The notes under the pieces: model-generated
Seen by the model: the letters and a program-made list of their open reading frames with translations, nothing else
Told to the model about the DNA's origin: nothing
Databases searched by the model: none
Part shown: positions 37,001-39,415 of the stretch, piece by piece
Layout of the letters: every line of letters starts with the position of its first letter
Numbering within the stretch: the first letter of the stretch is position 1
Virus record (IMG/VR): IMGVR_UViG_3300044987_001885
Span: 1-39,415 of that record
Length of the DNA: 39,415 nucleotides
Source of the DNA: a virus
Lineage: Duplodnaviria; Caudoviricetes
Direction: 5' to 3' (one strand)
Made by a program: the position numbers and the translations under genes

Positions 37001-39415
37001 CAAGGGCAAGTACGACGGAAAGTGGAGGATGGAGGTATCTGGAATAAAATGGAAGAAGGCAGGAATAGATAGCAAGGCAGAATATCTTGGAGATGCAATA
37101 TCAGCCCCAGAGATATTCAGGAAGTATCCTGACCTGAAAGAAGCCGGGTTCTCGTATGGAGGCACCTCTGAAGGAATTATTAAAAATGAGAATCTGAAAG
37201 GATCATTCACACCAGGAGGATTTTTCAAGGTAGGACACATAAAGATTGATCCTAAGATAGATAATAATGAAGCATTAAACATACTTGAGCATGAAATACA
37301 ACACGCGATACAGAGCATAGAGGGTTTTGCGACCGGAACCACAACAGGAGTTGGTGCCTGGATGAGATTTGAGAATAGGCCATCACTAATTAAGGCAGCC
37401 AATAGGACTCTTGAGGAATGGAAACCTGCCTCCTATGAGCTATATTGGGGAAAGGAGCATACAGAAGAAGGAGATGCTGCATATAAAGAATATCTAGACA
37501 ACTGGAATACACCGGATGCCAAGAGAAAACGTGAGATACTCGCACAGCAAGGTGCTGGAAATAAGGTATACAAACTATCAGCGGGAGAAATAGAGGCTAG
37601 AGATGTGGCGCTTCGTGCCAGCCTGACACCAGAAGAGCGCAGGTCGTTGCCACCGTATTCAAGCGAAGATATCAGTAGTGATGACGCCGTGGTGCTCTTC
37701 CAGACGGAAGAAGATTTCAAGAATCTAAGGGACAGATGGGAAGCGAAGGGCGTTTCACTTGACATATTTGCCAGCGATAGGAGTGACCACGCAGGCCTTA
37801 CGATAAAGATGGCAAAAGAATCGCGGAATCAGGGTCTTGGCACATCCGCAATGCAAGAATCAGTAGCACTCGCAGACAAACATGGAATACGTCTGGATTT
37901 GAGCCCAACCAACGAGTGGGGATCATCGAAAGAAAGATTGGTCAAGTTCTATAAAAGATTCGGATTTGTTGAGAACAAGGGCAGGAATAAGGATTACCGA
38001 ATATCGGAGACCATGTATCGACTGCCTCAGAACGACGGCGTTGTATCGGAAACGCTCTTCCAGTCCGACGACATACGCGCCATGTACGAGGGTACGGACA
38101 AGTGGATGAAGGCCCCCAACGGCAAGCCCACCAACCTGAACGAGCGGCAGTGGTTACAGGTCAGGACGCCCGAGTTCAAGGCGTGGTTCGGGGACTGGAT
38201 CAACGACCCGGAGAACGCTTCCAAAGTGGTGGATGAGAACGGGGAGCCGTTGATTGTCTACCATGGAAGCCCGAACGCATCTTTCACAGAGTTTTCGCTT
38301 GATTACTCAGAAGATGAGACGCTTGCATACGGAAAAGGTGTCTATCTTACCGAGTCAACCACAGCGGCATCAGGGTACGCAAGACCAGGTTCATCATGGG
38401 GAAATGATAATGCTATGGGGGTCGGTGGAGTCTATCCTCTTTTTGCCCGTATTGTTAATCCTTTTGACTTAGATAAAGCAATTACTAATAAAGAAGCTAT
38501 GCGTATTATTGATCTAAGCGGATACGAGGTATCTGGTGCTGATATAGACGGAATGAACGAGGAATCTACTTTCGATGGAAATTATCTTTACGAAGAAATA
38601 GAAGATGCAGAGAACGCTCTAATTGAATTCGAGTCCAACCCAGACGAAGAAATTGACCCAGATGATTATGATGATGGGTATGCTGATGCTGATTACCAAG
38701 AAGATTATGACAAAGAAGTTGAAAGGCTAAAAAAGAAAATAGAAATAAAAAGGTCTAAACTTGACGATGCAATCAAGGAACATGATGGGCTTGTTAATAC
38801 TGGGAAACGAGGCTCTATCATGGGACGGAAATTGTGGGAATCAATATGGAAAAGCTCAACAGAGTACCAGGATTGGAAAACAGAAAGAACGCTCATAGGC
38901 GGCGTTTCCAATGAAATGGAGTTCAAAACCGTTGCAAACGATATTTTACGCATTGCAGGGTATGATGGTATCACACATACCGACGCATACAACCCAGGGG
39001 GTGGAGAAAATCATCAGGTTTACATAGCTTTCGACCCTTCATCCGTAAAATCAGCTATCTCCAACACCGGCACCTTCTCCAATGACAACCCCTCTATCCT
39101 CTTCCAACCCTCCCCCCCCACCGACAGCCCCGCTTTCCGCGAGTGGTTCGGCGACAGCGCCGTGGTGGACGCTGAGGGCAAGCCGCTGGTCGTGTACCAT
39201 GGGACAAGAAGCCCAAAAGTCGAAATATTTCACGGGCGATCTTCATGGAAAGCGGCATTTCCATCCGAGATAGGTGCGACATGGTTCACTGACGACAAGG
39301 ATATGTCGGAAGGATACGGACAGAATGTGGTATCCGTATATCTTAGCCTGCAAAACCCTGTGGTGGTTGATGCTGAAGGCAAAAGCTACATTGAAATGAA
39401 TTGGACTACCATTAC
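34029..39415 (+). CDS. 5' part of giant 3252-aa polyvalent/ejection protein: hydrophobic N-terminal region, zincin (HENAH), LPD23-like plus zincin (HEIQH), GNAT, ART-like domain 1 and start of ART-like domain 2; continues to 4499
   Basis: ATG at 34029 (ATGA overlap); manual translation finds no stop before the window end. Motifs: STWAHENAH..EERFA; TGWFKGKYDGKWRME; LEHEIQHAIQ..GEIEARDV; RNQGLGT..LVKFYKRFGF; VYHGS..GVYLT..GYDGI..YIAFDP; VYHGT..TWFT. Confidence 0.9.
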   Translation, partial: MSDIYQRIMGEVDYDNAKKSMELKQAGKSYTPDVYGKVQADIDQDNTTRAENVDRWKYTVPVTDLEYKVLNQAFENSSDPEADRYRYAAAMTFAKEYNAPLDWAIQNLDALSEYQRGEKFTPNRSWLTATIDSFEVGAMDVEIAKLSQQYKIDHLAGKDTKALDTQIAALEALQESLEDKQPRWVTTKAAKFGAKLLPYTASIALPAAAAGAAAAGAAVMMGAGAATTIGSGGLLLPVGAAMSVAAISAAAGKAVSFAEGLKLMEGVEYRRMIKNGIRPDIAAPLSSISGMVQSAAETFLGTIPGALGKVAGLNVGTLSTNLMGKLVVSGKLGAMGKALMSYGLEAGEEGLEETLQEVTSFLADEAAASVQGVASPEDSKRIFTRAFEAAKGGFLGGLVLGLPGAAMDTAGTSKEVKSLKNMASSLDEADFVYMAKRGIADGSITVFGDASNGELGTFWRANKDRVKAQAKEAAPIDIKETLETADITEDDEEPAGPVKRLKDGKLYTSVSTKKETNSDGSMTGYFLTGDPETAKRHGYIQYTTDTDGRIRIDAVKMKDGYQTIRKELLTDFIAKNKGAEISWDPTDKGLISLRDELVAGNPRGADKGLSWFGEDDDPVQGMRMKALEEKIAKRLPNITPDQRVGAMHIVSGAANYLGITPDEFIKRAYTDEVFGDDPNVTVAQGKKGGVSWKDIGGMSKAIIYTTENSDFSTWAHENAHVMRRLLKDEDRKLVEETYGVEGKWTVESEERFATDAEKYLMSGEAPSPSLKNLFEKIAKWMHDIYKGMTGKVDIDPRIKSVMEKLYADKASPLSKQATASVDGQGQTQDGKTWNDADLPNDVAAINPASFVDERQKSIEELKKTIYDLAVKKNRADHVFKKWIATHWTEEDNLRGNSKTRKGKQVVTREEIDKRKEEYEQEDDILEKKGIALTGELMKLEDMAVKGADTLFQYVGEKAMLDDIERQNLSIAREMDAAGKDAETIRLATGWFKGKYDGKWRMEVSGIKWKKAGIDSKAEYLGDAISAPEIFRKYPDLKEAGFSYGGTSEGIIKNENLKGSFTPGGFFKVGHIKIDPKIDNNEALNILEHEIQHAIQSIEGFATGTTTGVGAWMRFENRPSLIKAANRTLEEWKPASYELYWGKEHTEEGDAAYKEYLDNWNTPDAKRKREILAQQGAGNKVYKLSAGEIEARDVALRASLTPEERRSLPPYSSEDISSDDAVVLFQTEEDFKNLRDRWEAKGVSLDIFASDRSDHAGLTIKMAKESRNQGLGTSAMQESVALADKHGIRLDLSPTNEWGSSKERLVKFYKRFGFVENKGRNKDYRISETMYRLPQNDGVVSETLFQSDDIRAMYEGTDKWMKAPNGKPTNLNERQWLQVRTPEFKAWFGDWINDPENASKVVDENGEPLIVYHGSPNASFTEFSLDYSEDETLAYGKGVYLTESTTAASGYARPGSSWGNDNAMGVGGVYPLFARIVNPFDLDKAITNKEAMRIIDLSGYEVSGADIDGMNEESTFDGNYLYEEIEDAENALIEFESNPDEEIDPDDYDDGYADADYQEDYDKEVERLKKKIEIKRSKLDDAIKEHDGLVNTGKRGSIMGRKLWESIWKSSTEYQDWKTERTLIGGVSNEMEFKTVANDILRIAGYDGITHTDAYNPGGGENHQVYIAFDPSSVKSAISNTGTFSNDNPSILFQPSPPTDSPAFREWFGDSAVVDAEGKPLVVYHGTRSPKVEIFHGRSSWKAAFPSEIGATWFTDDKDMSEGYGQNVVSVYLSLQNPVVVDAEGKSYIEMNWTTI
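39289..39415. repeat. Terminal overlap, duplicate of 1-127
   Basis: Exact identity with the window start. Confidence 0.95.

Noticed and set aside
39112-39119. C8 homopolymer after LFQ no. 4 as a phase-variation switch
   Set aside because: Short tract that simply encodes Ser-Pro-Pro; a frameshift would truncate a probably essential virion protein; no evidence of variation
39289-39415. 127-bp terminal repeat as a biological direct terminal repeat or att site
   Set aside because: Length matches a common assembler k-mer and it falls inside a coding domain

Overview
This window is an apparently complete, circularly assembled ~39.3-kb podovirus-type phage genome: bases 1-127 equal 39289-39415, so the unique length is 39,288 bp. 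The virion module is BPP-1/epsilon15-like, with a T7-type portal, scaffold, gp7-like major capsid, cement protein, tail tubular proteins A/B, ejection proteins and a T7-gp17-type tail fibre with a LamG domain. Other modules are a terminase large subunit split into two genes, a lambda-O/DUF6291-like initiator with an internal iteron origin, a DNA methyltransferase, an HNH nuclease, a class-3 lipase, and a lysis-like cassette with a DUF261-like Cys peptidase (hinting at a spirochaete host). A divergent ribbon-helix-helix switch is present, but no integrase was recognised. The main feature is a 3252-aa gene (34029 across the assembly junction to 4499) that the ORF track shows only in part. It is a virion-ejection-type 'polyvalent' protein with two HExxH zincin domains, a GNAT and three tandem ADP-ribosyltransferase-like domains. 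Five consecutive enzyme modules are each bounded by the same [I/V/T]LFQ motif (six copies) and mostly have AT-richer cores, suggesting a modular, exchangeable and possibly proteolytically processed effector polyprotein. All family assignments come from reading motifs by eye; no searches were run.
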